From: a plasmid
Sequence record: CP132320.1
Direction: 5' to 3' (one strand)
DNA length: 53,555 nucleotides
Shown here: positions 18,033 through 27,951 of the stretch, one piece after another
How the letters are laid out: every line of letters begins with the position of its first letter
Numbering within the stretch: position 1 is the first letter of the stretch
Position numbers and translations under genes: made by a program
Notes under the pieces: generated by a model
Databases searched by the model: none
Told to the model about the DNA's origin: nothing
The model's input: the letters and a program-made list of their open reading frames with translations, nothing else

Positions 18033-18488
18033 TCAGCCCCGATGATCATCCTTGGAAGTTTCCATAACGATATAGGAAGTGATGGCGTTCACGTGGGTTT
18101 GCGTCCCCAGCACTTCCGTATGGAAGCGCTTGTAGTCCGCAAGATCAGCGCTCTCGACCCTTAGCAGGTACTCAAACGCTCCAGCGATGTTGTGGCATTC
18201 CACCACTTCGGGTGCGATTGCCATCGCTCTCTCGAATTTCTCCTGGGCGGTCTTTGTGTGGGAAGAGAGGCCCACCATCACATAGGCTGCAAAGCCGCGC
18301 CCAGTCCGATGGCGGTCGATGACGACACGATAGCCGCGAATAATGCCGGTCCGCTCTAGTTCCTGGACCCGGCGCAAACACGCCGATGGTGATAGACCAA
18401 CCCGCTCGGCAAGAGCGACATTGCTGATCCTTGCGTCGCGACTTAGCTCGCGCAATATTTTCACGTCTGTTGGGGCTAAAGCAGACAT
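18033..18488 (-). CDS. Lrp/AsnC-family transcriptional regulator
   Basis: N-terminal HTH (DVKILRELSRDARISNVALAERVGLSPSACLRRVQELERTGII) plus a C-terminal RAM/AsnC_trans domain. 151 aa. Confidence 0.9.
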   Translation of the reverse strand: MSALAPTDVKILRELSRDARISNVALAERVGLSPSACLRRVQELERTGIIRGYRVVIDRHRTGRGFAAYVMVGLSSHTKTAQEKFERAMAIAPEVVECHNIAGAFEYLLRVESADLADYKRFHTEVLGTQTHVNAITSYIVMETSKDDHRG

Positions 18489-18625
18489 TTATTGTTAGGA
18501 CCATCTGATAATCGGTCAAATAGCACGTTCATTGTGCCGGCGTTGGCTTAGTATTGCACTAGGGTCAGGACCCATTGATTTGAATTGACGGCTATGATTC
18601 AGACGGGCGGATAGGAGCCCGACTG

Positions 18626-18976
18626 ATGAGTAATTTGTTCTGGCTGACGGAGGAGCAAATGGCCCGTCTTCAGCCCTATTTCGCCAAGAGCCATGGCCGC
18701 CAGCGTGTCGATGATCGGCGTGTCCTGAGCGGCATCATTTTCGTCAATCGCAACGGCCTCCGGTGGTGTGATGCGCCGAGGGAATATGGTCCGGCGAAGA
18801 CCTTGTATAACCGCTGGAAACGCTGGAGCGACAAGGGCATCTTTATCCAGATGATGGCGGGCCTGACTGTGCCTGAAGCTGCAGAGCACAAGACCATCAT
18901 GATCGATGCGACCTATCTCAAGGCCCACCGCACAGCTTCCAGCCTGCGGGTAAAAAAGGGGGTGCGGGCAGCCTGA
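18626..18976 (+). CDS. IS5/IS427-group transposase OrfA
   Basis: MSNLFWLTEEQMARLQPYF...RWCDAP is the typical N-terminal part of IS427-group transposases. Confidence 0.8.
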   Translation: MSNLFWLTEEQMARLQPYFAKSHGRQRVDDRRVLSGIIFVNRNGLRWCDAPREYGPAKTLYNRWKRWSDKGIFIQMMAGLTVPEAAEHKTIMIDATYLKAHRTASSLRVKKGVRAA

Positions 18977-18996
18977 TTGGACGCACGAAAGGCGGC

Positions 18997-19386
18997 ATGA
19001 ACACCAAGCTTCATGCCGTCACGGATGCGAATGGTCGCCCGGTCAGCTTCTTCATTACGGCCGGTCAGATCAGCGATTACACCGGTGCTGCCGCCTTGCT
19101 TGATGAACTTCCCAAGGCCAAATGGCTACTGGCCGACCGTGGCTATGATGCCGACTGGTATCGTGACGCTTTACAGGCGAAGGGGATCACCCCCTGCATT
19201 CCGGGGCGGAAGTCCCGCAACAAAACCATCAAATACGACAAACGCCGCTACAAACGGCGCAACCGGATCGAGATCATGTTCGGGCGTCTCAAAGACTGGC
19301 GGCGTGTCGCTACGCGCTACGACAGATGCCCAATGGTCTTCCTCTCCGCCATCGCTCTCGCTGCAACCGTTATCTTCTGGCTCTGA
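18997..19386 (+). CDS. IS5/IS427-group transposase OrfB (DDE domain)
   Basis: LADRGYDADWYRDAL...NRIEIMFGRLKDWRRVATRYDR carries the DDE_Tnp_1 signature. It lies in a different frame from OrfA, which suggests a programmed -1 frameshift. Confidence 0.8.
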   Translation: MNTKLHAVTDANGRPVSFFITAGQISDYTGAAALLDELPKAKWLLADRGYDADWYRDALQAKGITPCIPGRKSRNKTIKYDKRRYKRRNRIEIMFGRLKDWRRVATRYDRCPMVFLSAIALAATVIFWL

Positions 19387-19706
19387 TCAATGAGTCCTGA
19401 CCCTAGGCTGCCTGTTGAATGAGCACATGCTTGCTCGCTGGTCAATTTGCCAGGTAGCCACGAAATATCCGCCCGACCGAAGTTGTCTTGATGTCACCAT
19501 GTCATTTGACTGCGTTGCTGGGCACTGCTTAAATTCATGCAGAGGGTTTCGGATCCGTCGGTTTCAATGATCGAGAAAGGCGGCGCTCAACCACGTTGCC
19601 TTGCTTCCGCCGCTGAAAGGCCTTGAACCCAAGGAAATCGTGGTACGAAGTCGATAGGATCCGGGCGCTATTTTCCGTCGGGACCATAACAGTATATGGC
19701 TGAGAA

Positions 19707-20270
19707 ATGATGGCAGACCGAAGGCAAGTGAGGGTAGAATACAGTGGAGGGAGTCAGTTCATCCTCACATCTGATCCAGCTCCAGGGAACGTTAGGTTGG
19801 TCGTCGGACTTTTCTCTTTGCCATTGTTTGCAGTCGGACTGGTCAGTCTTTGGAATGCGGCAGTGTCGGTGTTGTCGGGTGCACTGGTTGAAAAATCTGC
19901 TAGTAATCTGGTCGTCGGCGGCGTCGTCACGCTGTGCTTCATTCTCGTGCCGCTTGCTCTCCTCAGCTTTGCTCTATTCACCTCGGGTCAGAATCTTTCC
20001 ATTGACCTAGTGGCCGGCACCGCGACTCATAAAAGGCGATCCCTGTTTGGCACGCGAGAAAAGGTTTTCCCGATCAGAACCGTAAAGCCCGAACTCATCT
20101 TCTATTCTGAAGATGGTGACAGTTTCGCCAGATACGCAATCTCTGTACGGATGCCGGACGGTTCCTCTATCGAGTACTGCCCCGTTATGCTACCACTCAA
20201 TGAACAAAGGGATCTTTGTAGCCGCCAAGTAGCCTCAATAAAGGTGGCACAATCGGGCTCCCGCGGTTGA
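19707..20270 (+). CDS. hypothetical membrane protein (two TM helices)
   Basis: 187-aa ORF with two clear hydrophobic helices (LVVGLFSLPLFAVGLVSLW; VVGGVVTLCFILVPLALLSFALF). Lower GC. Flanked by IS elements. Confidence 0.45.
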   Translation: MMADRRQVRVEYSGGSQFILTSDPAPGNVRLVVGLFSLPLFAVGLVSLWNAAVSVLSGALVEKSASNLVVGGVVTLCFILVPLALLSFALFTSGQNLSIDLVAGTATHKRRSLFGTREKVFPIRTVKPELIFYSEDGDSFARYAISVRMPDGSSIEYCPVMLPLNEQRDLCSRQVASIKVAQSGSRG

Positions 20271-20479
20271 GTCTGAAGAAAAGCGCAGAAGCCTGCCAGG
20301 GTTTCCGCATCTTCGACTGTTTGGTTTGGAGGCAGGAAGCAGCCCAGCCTCACGTCGCAGACAGGTTCTTGCCACTATCCAGTTTTGGTCAGGGTCGGTC
20401 GCTCTGCCGAAGTTGGGCTTTGTGCCGCCAGTAAAATCATGAAGCGATGCACAGTTTGGGTGGCCCGCGCCTGGCGTAA

Positions 20480-21505
20480 TACGGCTCCTCACTGACTAGA
20501 ACCCATTTGCCCATTCTCTGCGCCCTATGGACATGATGCGCCAAGGCTGGCTTTCGAGCTTTCGCCAGGCATCGCAGCAGTGGGCGACGATATCGTCATA
20601 GGATTTGAAGACGCGGTTGGAGAGCCAGTTTTCGCGCATGAAGAGCCAGAGGTTCTCAACCGGATTGAGCTCGGGCGACTTGGGCGGCAGTGGCAAGATC
20701 GAGATGTTGGCAGGCACGACAAGGTTGTTCGACATGTGCCACCCCGCCTAGTCCATGATGAGGATGGCATGCGCATCATCGGCCACGTGTCGGGAGATTT
20801 CAGCCAGGTGCTGGGTCATGGCGTGGGTATCACACCAGGGCATGACCAACGCAGCCGCCTTTCCGAGCTTGGGGCAGATGGCACCGAAGATATAGGCCGA
20901 GCGGGTTCGCTGGTCATGCGGGGCGGATGGCCTTGAACCACGCTTTGCCCAGCGACGGGTGATCTTGTTCTTCTGACCGATCCGGGCTTCATCTTGATAC
21001 AAATCTCTATGCGTTTTTCTTGAGCGGGCCCGCCTGCAATTTCTGCCACTGCGGCGGGAAAGTTTTTTTAAATTCCTCAACGGCTTGAGGGTCCTGCGCA
21101 TGATGCTTCGGGCGGGCAGCGAGCTTGCGGTAACCCATGGCGCGCACCTCCCGGCTGAGCGTCTGTTCGCTCACCGAGACACGAAACTCCTCCCACAGCC
21201 ATTGGGCCAGATCGCACAGACGCCAGCGCACGACACCGTCGAGATAGGGTGTCGGCCCCCGTTCGATGGCCTTTGCCAGGGCCGCCCGCTGAACATCGTT
21301 CAGCAGTGACTTGGGGCCAGGAGCCTTGCCGTCGATCAGCCCATCAGGCCCATTCGTATTGAACCGCATGACCCAGTCCCGCACGATCTGACGAGTGACA
21401 TTGCCCAGCCGTGCAGCATCAAGGCGCGAGCCTCCGTCATATATGAGGGCAAGCGCCAGCAACCGACGCGCCTGAGCTGCATGCTTGCTCTGGCGAGCCA
21501 GACGT
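20480..21505 (-). mobile_element. degenerate IS630-family element; transposase split over three frames
   Basis: Three consecutive minus-strand ORF pieces carry the IS630 transposase N-terminal HTH, middle and C-terminal parts (IFGAICP...; LPPKSPELNPVENLW). Two frameshifts separate them. Boundaries are approximate. Confidence 0.6.
20496..21500 (-). pseudogene. IS630-family transposase, frameshifted
   Basis: Pieces are ORFs 21007..21687 (from about residue 60), 20748..21101 and 20496..20735. Similarity to IS630 transposases is contiguous but the reading frame changes twice. Confidence 0.6.
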
Positions 21506-21687
21506 CGAAGACCTTCGGCAAGGCAAGCCTTCAGCCCCGGCCGATCGTCGCGCGCGCCCGAAGCGCGATCCTGATGCAGGTGACGCTGATCGACCCCGGC
21601 CGCGAGCAGGGCGTCGCGCTGCAAGGCAACCGACTGCCGCTCATCACCGCTCGATACCCGCATGTAACCGATCAACATGCACGACAA
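21501..21687 (-). pseudogene. serine recombinase N-terminal fragment, fused in-frame to the IS630 transposase reading frame
   Basis: MLIGYMRVSSGDERQSVALQRDALLAAGV...DRPGLKACLAE is a resolvase catalytic N-terminus of ~60 aa. The reading then continues directly into the IS630 HTH region. No remaining resolvase sequence is seen downstream. Confidence 0.5.
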
Positions 21688-21826
21688 ACCTCAAATTCCG
21701 TGTTGCCGCACAGTCTCACATTCCGACAGGGTTTGTCGCGCAAATAATTGCCCAGTCACCCCGTCGATTTCGACCCGCCGAACCGCTACGCGGAAATCAT
21801 CTGTTTTCCGTCACGCCAAAAATCTC

Positions 21827-23326
21827 TTAGCGGGTAATATTGCAGAGATTCCCACGGAGCCCCTCCTTCTGCCGCACGGCCCAATCGACGAAATCTATCT
21901 CGCATAGGAGATGATGGAGCACGAAAAAGGTCATGCTGGAATCTGTCTTGATGGGCACTCTCTTCCAGTGGTCATTGATTTTCATGATGCCGGAGCTTTG
22001 AGCCACCCACACATGTGGAAACTTCTCGCGAAAGTCATTGCCGGTTAGGTGGACCAGCAAACCGAGGCGTCGACCGGTTAAATGCCCGAGCAATGGCAGC
22101 ATGGCATAATGCATCACGCCACTCTCGACGCCGATCTGGAAGATCGCGCTGATGCGCTTGGCGCTGAGCGGTTCGGCCGAAACGGGCGATGCGGCGGTCG
22201 CAGGATAGCGGATCGCCACACCCCCGAAGGGATCCTGGTAATCATAATCGGTAAGCCTGGCTCGGCTGGCCGATTTGACCACCGAAACATAACCTTCCTT
22301 CAGCGTCTTCAATGCTAGTGGTCGCAAATGAAGATCGCAGTTGTTTTCGATGACGCTCAGGGGAGAAGCTGTAGGGTCACGCTCTTTGCTGTCGCCGGGC
22401 CAATACTGCATCAGCTCGACGAAAGCCTGGAGGTCGGTTCCATTATAGGTATCGACAGGGTGATCACCAATCAGCTTGATGAACAGGTCCAGCCGCGCCC
22501 GCGCGATCTTGACGTCTTTGTCACCTTTCCCACGGGCCGTTTCCCGCAGCGCCAGGTAATCTGCGGCAATGACGCTGAACAAAGGTTTGCTTGACGCCTT
22601 CCGCTGGGCCTTGCGCCTGTCCAGCCGGAATGCGGGAACTGACCGCCTTGCCTCCTCCAGCGCCGCCTTCTGGTGATTGACCGAACTCTTTAACGGCGCC
22701 GATTGCCGAGACGCGACCGAGACAGGCACTGGCGAGGCCGGACCTGCAACCACAGGCGTTTCTGTCTCCAGCGCTGTGCCCCGGTCCGTGTCGGCACTTT
22801 CGCGGCTTCGTTTCTCGAATGCCTCGCCTACGGCCCACTTGGCGAGCTCCCGATGAAGGCTCACAAGATCCCAGAGGCCTTCATCCTTGCCAGCTTCTTT
22901 ATGCAACGAAGCTGATTGTGGCGGGTTGATTAGCCGCAGGTATGATTTCAGGCTGCTGCGAATCTCGTCGATAAGTTTTCGTCGGCTTGCGCCTGAGATG
23001 AACAAGTCGTCATTGGAGCCCTCTCCTCTTTGCGCGGCTTCTCTTGTCCGCTTTCGTTTTGCTTCATCGAACAGAAGTCGGGCCTTTGCGGCTAACATGT
23101 CAGCCAATGTGCGAGCTTGCTTATGCGGCATAGCTCCCAGCCCGATCCGGATGACTTGCGGTCGGTCGTGAACCTCCTTTGGGATTCTGATTTGAAAGAC
23201 GTAGTTGAATCCTGACCGGGTAAGGTACAAGCCCGGTGCTGCTTTGGGTCGAGGTTTTCTGCTACGGCCATCCAAAGGCGTATGCTGAGGCGATGTTTCA
23301 GGAGCCATCGGAGAAGTGTCATACAT
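21827..23326 (-). CDS. phage-integrase-family tyrosine recombinase-like protein, atypical or degenerate
   Basis: The N-terminal arm-type domain pattern GLYLTRSGFNYVFQIRIPK...IGLGAMPHKQARTLA is present. A box-I-like HLTGRRLGLLVHLTGNDF lies near the C-terminus. The canonical box II / catalytic Tyr region is not recognisable. The central region is low-complexity. Confidence 0.45.
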   Translation of the reverse strand: MYDTSPMAPETSPQHTPLDGRSRKPRPKAAPGLYLTRSGFNYVFQIRIPKEVHDRPQVIRIGLGAMPHKQARTLADMLAAKARLLFDEAKRKRTREAAQRGEGSNDDLFISGASRRKLIDEIRSSLKSYLRLINPPQSASLHKEAGKDEGLWDLVSLHRELAKWAVGEAFEKRSRESADTDRGTALETETPVVAGPASPVPVSVASRQSAPLKSSVNHQKAALEEARRSVPAFRLDRRKAQRKASSKPLFSVIAADYLALRETARGKGDKDVKIARARLDLFIKLIGDHPVDTYNGTDLQAFVELMQYWPGDSKERDPTASPLSVIENNCDLHLRPLALKTLKEGYVSVVKSASRARLTDYDYQDPFGGVAIRYPATAASPVSAEPLSAKRISAIFQIGVESGVMHYAMLPLLGHLTGRRLGLLVHLTGNDFREKFPHVWVAQSSGIMKINDHWKRVPIKTDSSMTFFVLHHLLCEIDFVDWAVRQKEGLRGNLCNITR

Positions 23327-23674
23327 TGTTTAGCGTTTGAATAGGCCGCTGGTGCGGCAATCGTGCGGTCTAGCAAAATAACGGCGGAAGCAACCAACCG
23401 GGTAGCTACGGCGAAGAGGCTGTTTCACCCCGAAGAGGACGCGGTTGTGGGTATATTTTCGCACACGCCATTGAGAGGCAGTTCTCCTTTCCCCACGGCT
23501 CTATTGGTTCCCTACACTTCATTTGCCAATGATCATGGACCGGCGGTTTGCACGTCGGTGCCACGGCGGCGGCAACGGCTAGGCGGAGACCGGTGGCTCC
23601 TGTAGTATCGGCATGAACACCGGGGAAATCTAGCATCTCAACTTGCGTCGGTATACGCGATACCCCGGTTTACT

Positions 23675-24331
23675 ATGCTGACAGGGGCTCCACTGTTCGA
23701 TACTAGAATGCGCATTCGGGTCATCGTAGAGGCTCGTTCAGCTGACTCATTGAGACACGGAAGTTCAAGATTGAAGCGCATATTCGACCTTGCTGTTGCA
23801 GCCTTGGCGCTGGTTGTCTTTGCTCTTCCCATGCTTGCGATTGGAGCAATGGTCCGATCCACCTCCCCGGGACCCGTGCTCTATTGGTCACAACGGGTTG
23901 GTCGCGACAACCAGCTGTTCTGGATGCCGAAGTTCCGGACCATGAGAGTCGACGCGCCTGTCGTGGCAACACACCTGCTCACCAATCCGGCACAGCACCT
24001 TAGCCCTGTTGGGCGCTTCCTGCGAAAAACCAGCCTTGATGAGTTGCCGCAATTGTGGTCCATCCTTAAAGGTGACATGAGCCTGGTTGGGCCGCGCCCT
24101 GCCCTGTTCAACCAGGACGATCTGATCCTAGCGCGCACCGAGGAAAACGTGCATAGGCTACTTCCAGGCCTGACGGGCTGGGCCCAGGTCAATGGCAGAG
24201 ACGAGCTTGCCATACCTGAAAAGGTCAAGCTGGATGCGGAATATCTGCGAAGGCGGAGCTTCTGTTTTGACCTTCGCATCCTTGGCATCACCGCCTTGAA
24301 GGTCGTGGGAGCCGCAGGCGTGAAACACTAG
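23675..24331 (+). CDS. small monotopic phosphoglycosyl transferase (bacterial sugar transferase, PglC/WreU-like) initiating enzyme
   Basis: KRIFDLAVAALALVVFALPMLAIGAMV re-entrant helix. Conserved motifs DELPQLWSILKGDMSLVGPRP and GLTGWAQVNGR. Confidence 0.8.
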   Translation: MLTGAPLFDTRMRIRVIVEARSADSLRHGSSRLKRIFDLAVAALALVVFALPMLAIGAMVRSTSPGPVLYWSQRVGRDNQLFWMPKFRTMRVDAPVVATHLLTNPAQHLSPVGRFLRKTSLDELPQLWSILKGDMSLVGPRPALFNQDDLILARTEENVHRLLPGLTGWAQVNGRDELAIPEKVKLDAEYLRRRSFCFDLRILGITALKVVGAAGVKH

Positions 24332-24396
24332 TGGTGCTCCGTGACGGTGATCGAGAGAGCGAAGGTAATCAGAGGCTGGTGTAAACGGAGTCATCG

Positions 24397-26340
24397 ATGA
24401 CTGCTAAGTCAAACGACAGCCGTGTCGTACAGCTGCTCAGAGATTGGATCATCAACACCCCGCGCGTCTGGAAGCGGGTGACGATGGTTGTTCTTGACGT
24501 CGTGACGCTGATGTTTGCGCTCTGGGCAAGCTATGCGATCCGCTATGCAGACTGGACGCCTGTCATCACGATGGAGCGTGTCACCCTTGCCGCACTCGCT
24601 CCTGTGATCGCCATCCCGGTCTTCATCCGCCTCGGCCTTTATCGCTCGGTCATTCGCTATCTCCCGGAAGCCGCGATCTGGACGATACTCAGAGCAATGA
24701 TGATCTCGACCGCTGGCTGGGTGATCCTGATCTTTCTCATGGAGATGGCTGGCCAAGGGATCGTCCCCCGCTCGGTTCCCTTCCTGTACTTTATCCTCGG
24801 CACGCTGTTGATATGCGCCATTCGCTTCGGGCTGAAATGGATCGTCACGACCGGAACCGGTCTGCGCCGTGACGAGGAGCCGATCCTGATCTATGGCGCG
24901 GGTCCGAGTGCCGCCCAACTCGCTCGCGCCCTGAAAGGGCACGGCAACCGCTACGTGATGGGTCTGGTCGATGATGACCCGCGCAACCACGGCACCGAGA
25001 TCGCGGGATACAGGGTCTTTCCGTCCAACGAACTGCCGACCTTGATCGACCGCTACGGCATCAAAGAGATCGTGCTCAGCATGTCGGCTATCCCAGCCGA
25101 TAACCGACAGAAGGTGATCGCGCAGGTCACGGGGCTGAATGTGCGGGTGCGTACACTGCCCGACATCTCCGACATTGTGGACGGGCGCTATATCGTCAAT
25201 CAGATCCGTGAAATCGAACTGGATGAGCTGCTTGGACGCTCTTTCGTGCCTGCGGATAAGGAGCTTCTCGGGCAAGCGATCACCGGCAAGGTCATCATGG
25301 TGACTGGTGCCGGTGGTTCCATCGGCTCCGAACTGTGCAGGCTGATTGCCCCTTGGAAACCTGCCAAGCTCGTTCTGCTGGAAGCCAGCGAATACGCGCT
25401 CTATCAGATTGAGCAGGAACTGTTGAGCAAGAGCGGTGTCGAGATCGTCCCGCTTCTCGGCTCCGTCACCGACGAGAAGACGGTAAGACGTGCGCTCCGG
25501 GTCCATGCGCCACACGTTCTTTACCATGCCGCAGCCCACAAACATGTCCCCCTTGTGGAGGCGAACGTCCTAGAAGGCATTCGCAACAACGTCTTCGGAA
25601 CGCTTACCGTTGCGACAGCTGCGGTGGAAGAAGGAGTTGAGAGCTTCGTCCTGATCTCTTCCGATAAGGCCGTCCGACCCAGCAATGTCATGGGCGCCAC
25701 AAAACGTTGGGCTGAACTCATTGTTCGCCTGAAGGCCAAGGAGGTAGAAGCCAGAAGCAACCGTCAGCGTTTCTGTGCCGTTCGCTTCGGCAACGTCATT
25801 GGCTCGAACGGCTCGGTCGTTCCTCGCTTCAAGCAACAGATTGCAAATGGTGGTCCCGTCACGGTCACCGATCCGGACATGACGCGGTACTTCATGTCTA
25901 TCCCGGAAGCAGCCGAGCTTATCGTCCAGGCGGGCAGTCTCTCCGCCGGAGGTGATGTCTTCCTCCTCGACATGGGTGAGCCTGTCCGTATCGGCGATCT
26001 CGCCGAAAACATGATCCGCCTCGCGGGCTTCCAGGTCCGCGATCCAGAAAACGACGTCGACAATGGTATTGCCATTGAAGTGATTGGGCGACGTTCGGGA
26101 GAGAAGCTCTTCGAGGAACTCTTCTATGACCGAAACAACGCCGAGCCCACCCGTCATCCCAAGATTTTGAGAGCGGATTCCGCTGCAATCCTACGCTACG
26201 ACCTGGTGGGCGCCCTTCAGGACCTGGGGCAGGCCTTGGATGGCGAAGACGAAGCCAGGGCTCGAAAGGTCCTGTTCGGACTTATCGCGACGGAAGATGA
26301 AACGCCCGTTGAGCGGGTTTCGGCCACCGCCGCAACCTGA
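24397..26340 (+). CDS. membrane-anchored UDP-GlcNAc 4,6-dehydratase (WbpM/PglF/CapD/WreV-like)
   Basis: 647 aa. Four N-terminal TM helices, then two Rossmann regions (GAGPSAAQLARAL and VTGAGGSIGSELC) and the CapD/polysacc_synt_2 domain. Confidence 0.85.
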   Translation: MTAKSNDSRVVQLLRDWIINTPRVWKRVTMVVLDVVTLMFALWASYAIRYADWTPVITMERVTLAALAPVIAIPVFIRLGLYRSVIRYLPEAAIWTILRAMMISTAGWVILIFLMEMAGQGIVPRSVPFLYFILGTLLICAIRFGLKWIVTTGTGLRRDEEPILIYGAGPSAAQLARALKGHGNRYVMGLVDDDPRNHGTEIAGYRVFPSNELPTLIDRYGIKEIVLSMSAIPADNRQKVIAQVTGLNVRVRTLPDISDIVDGRYIVNQIREIELDELLGRSFVPADKELLGQAITGKVIMVTGAGGSIGSELCRLIAPWKPAKLVLLEASEYALYQIEQELLSKSGVEIVPLLGSVTDEKTVRRALRVHAPHVLYHAAAHKHVPLVEANVLEGIRNNVFGTLTVATAAVEEGVESFVLISSDKAVRPSNVMGATKRWAELIVRLKAKEVEARSNRQRFCAVRFGNVIGSNGSVVPRFKQQIANGGPVTVTDPDMTRYFMSIPEAAELIVQAGSLSAGGDVFLLDMGEPVRIGDLAENMIRLAGFQVRDPENDVDNGIAIEVIGRRSGEKLFEELFYDRNNAEPTRHPKILRADSAAILRYDLVGALQDLGQALDGEDEARARKVLFGLIATEDETPVERVSATAAT

Positions 26341-26351
26341 AGGGATCAAAG

Positions 26352-27281
26352 ATGGGATTGACGGCCGTGACAGGAGCATCGGGTTTCGTGGGCACCCACC
26401 TCATCGAGGAGATGAGGCAACGCGGGCTTCCTGTACGCGGCGTCAGTCGGCAGAAGAAGCCCGAACTTGTGACGATTCCATCTTATGACCCCGAGGTAGA
26501 TTGGACTGCGTACCTTGCAGATGTTGATGTCGTTGTTCACCTGGCAGCCCGGGTTCATGTAATGCGTGAAACCTCCAAGGATCCGCTGGCCCAGTTCCAG
26601 GCGGCAAACGTCGACGCCACACTCAATCTTGCCCAGCAGGCGGCTCACGCAGGGGTGAAGCGCTTTGTCTTCGTCAGCACCATCAAGGTGAACGGGGAGA
26701 CGACAGCGCCCGGCAAGCCCTTCACTGCAGATGACCCACCCGACCCGCAGGACCCCTATGCCATATCCAAGGCGGAAGCCGAGGCTGCGTTGAGGGCTTT
26801 GGGTGACGAGAGCGGTATGGAGGTGGTGATCATCCGCCCTCCCCTCGTCTATGGTCCAGGGGTTGGAGGAAACTTCAGGAGCCTTATCAAGTGGGCACAA
26901 TCCGGACTTCCGGATCCCTTTGGCAAGATCAACAACAAGCGGTCACTCGTCTACGTCGGAAACTTGTGCGACCTGCTGATCGAGGTTGTGGCTCATCCTT
27001 CGTCCGCCAATCGGACCTTTCTTGTGGCCGATGCTGAGACGCTCTCGACGAATGAATTGATGGCGAAGCTAATAGCCGCCTCCGGAAAAACCCGTCGAAG
27101 CTTTCGCTGTAGCCAAAAAGTTCTGATGGGCTTGGCTGCACTTGCGGGACAGAAACAGGCAGCAGACCGTTTGCTGTCAAGTTTGCAGGTCGACTGCCGC
27201 TCAACCTGTGATGCCCTAGACTGGACTCCGCCGTTCACTAGTGATGAAGGATTGCGGAGAACTGTAACCACCGCTATGTAG
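26352..27281 (+). CDS. NAD-dependent sugar epimerase/dehydratase-family protein (likely 4-reductase or epimerase of the UDP-4-keto-6-deoxy sugar; WbpV/WreQ-like)
   Basis: N-terminal GxxGxxG (VTGASGFVGTHL) and catalytic YxxxK (PYAISKAEAE). 309 aa. Directly downstream of the dehydratase. Confidence 0.75.
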   Translation: MGLTAVTGASGFVGTHLIEEMRQRGLPVRGVSRQKKPELVTIPSYDPEVDWTAYLADVDVVVHLAARVHVMRETSKDPLAQFQAANVDATLNLAQQAAHAGVKRFVFVSTIKVNGETTAPGKPFTADDPPDPQDPYAISKAEAEAALRALGDESGMEVVIIRPPLVYGPGVGGNFRSLIKWAQSGLPDPFGKINNKRSLVYVGNLCDLLIEVVAHPSSANRTFLVADAETLSTNELMAKLIAASGKTRRSFRCSQKVLMGLAALAGQKQAADRLLSSLQVDCRSTCDALDWTPPFTSDEGLRRTVTTAM

Positions 27282-27344
27282 CCTATCGCCCCATAGCCGG
27301 CGCCGCCTGCATCCGGGGCCACACTATTGAATAGCAGGTTTGCG

Positions 27345-27902
27345 ATGAAGTTTGAACATCTACCTCTGCCAGGCTTGGTGAAGATCGTTCCCACCAGATT
27401 GGGAGACCATCGTGGCCACTTCTCCGAAGTATTTAAGCTCGAAGACTTTCGGAGAAATGTTGCCGATGTTGCTTTCATACAGGAAAATGAGTCGCTTTCG
27501 GCCACCGTCGGCACGGTGCGCGGCCTGCATTTCCAGCTTGAACCATTCGCCCAAGGCAAGTTGGTGCGTTGTCTTGCTGGCAGCATTTTCGATGTCGCTG
27601 TCGATATCCGCGTCGGCTCGCCCACCTATGGTCAGTGGTACGGCACCGAGCTTTCGAAGGAGAATGGAGAACAGTTGTGGGTGCCAGCTGGCTTTGCGCA
27701 TGGATTTGCAACCCTTCAGCCCGACAGCGTGATCTTTTACAAGGTGACGGCACCCTATAGCGCGGAGAATGATCGCGGGTTGCTATGGAACGATCCGGAA
27801 ATCGGCATCAAGTGGCCGCTGTCGCTTGACAACGCGGTACTATCCGACAAGGACAGGAAGCAGCCGGCACTGGCGGATCTTCCGCCATCCTTCACATACT
27901 GA
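27345..27902 (+). CDS. rmlC: dTDP-4-dehydrorhamnose 3,5-epimerase
   Basis: MKFEHLPLPGLVKIVPTRLGDHRGHFSEVFK...GLHFQ...QLWVPAGFAHGF carries the RmlC cupin motifs. The start was chosen at the internal ATG. Confidence 0.9.
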   Translation: MKFEHLPLPGLVKIVPTRLGDHRGHFSEVFKLEDFRRNVADVAFIQENESLSATVGTVRGLHFQLEPFAQGKLVRCLAGSIFDVAVDIRVGSPTYGQWYGTELSKENGEQLWVPAGFAHGFATLQPDSVIFYKVTAPYSAENDRGLLWNDPEIGIKWPLSLDNAVLSDKDRKQPALADLPPSFTY

Positions 27903-27951
27903 TCGTGGCCCCAGGGCTCATCACCAGCACTGACCCAAAGCGGAGTGAAAT

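Larger units (their letters stand above)
18559..19406 (+). mobile_element. IS5-family (IS427-group) insertion sequence, ~848 bp
   Basis: Terminal inverted repeats CTAGGGTCAGGAC (left, 18559-18571) and GTCCTGACCCTAG (right, 19394-19406). Two consecutive transposase ORFs with a frame change between them, typical of this group. Boundaries are good to +/-3 bp. Confidence 0.8.

Noticed and set aside
18559-19406. Exact target duplication of the IS427-group element
   Set aside because: The flanks (…TTGCA | CTAGGG … CCCTAG | GCTG…) allow a TA or CTAG-type duplication, but it cannot be set unambiguously by eye. It is left unassigned.
23330-23674. Possible ops/JUMPstart-like element (GGGTAGCTACGG) and a 15-bp near-palindrome GGTATACGCGATACC upstream of the polysaccharide cluster
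   Set aside because: No exact GGCGGTAG ops core. RfaH-type antitermination is not expected in this lineage. The palindrome is imperfect. It is noted only as a possible operator.
24409-26157. 378-aa and 195-aa minus-strand ORFs inside the WbpM/PglF-like gene
   Set aside because: They are antisense to a strongly supported dehydratase frame and have no motifs.
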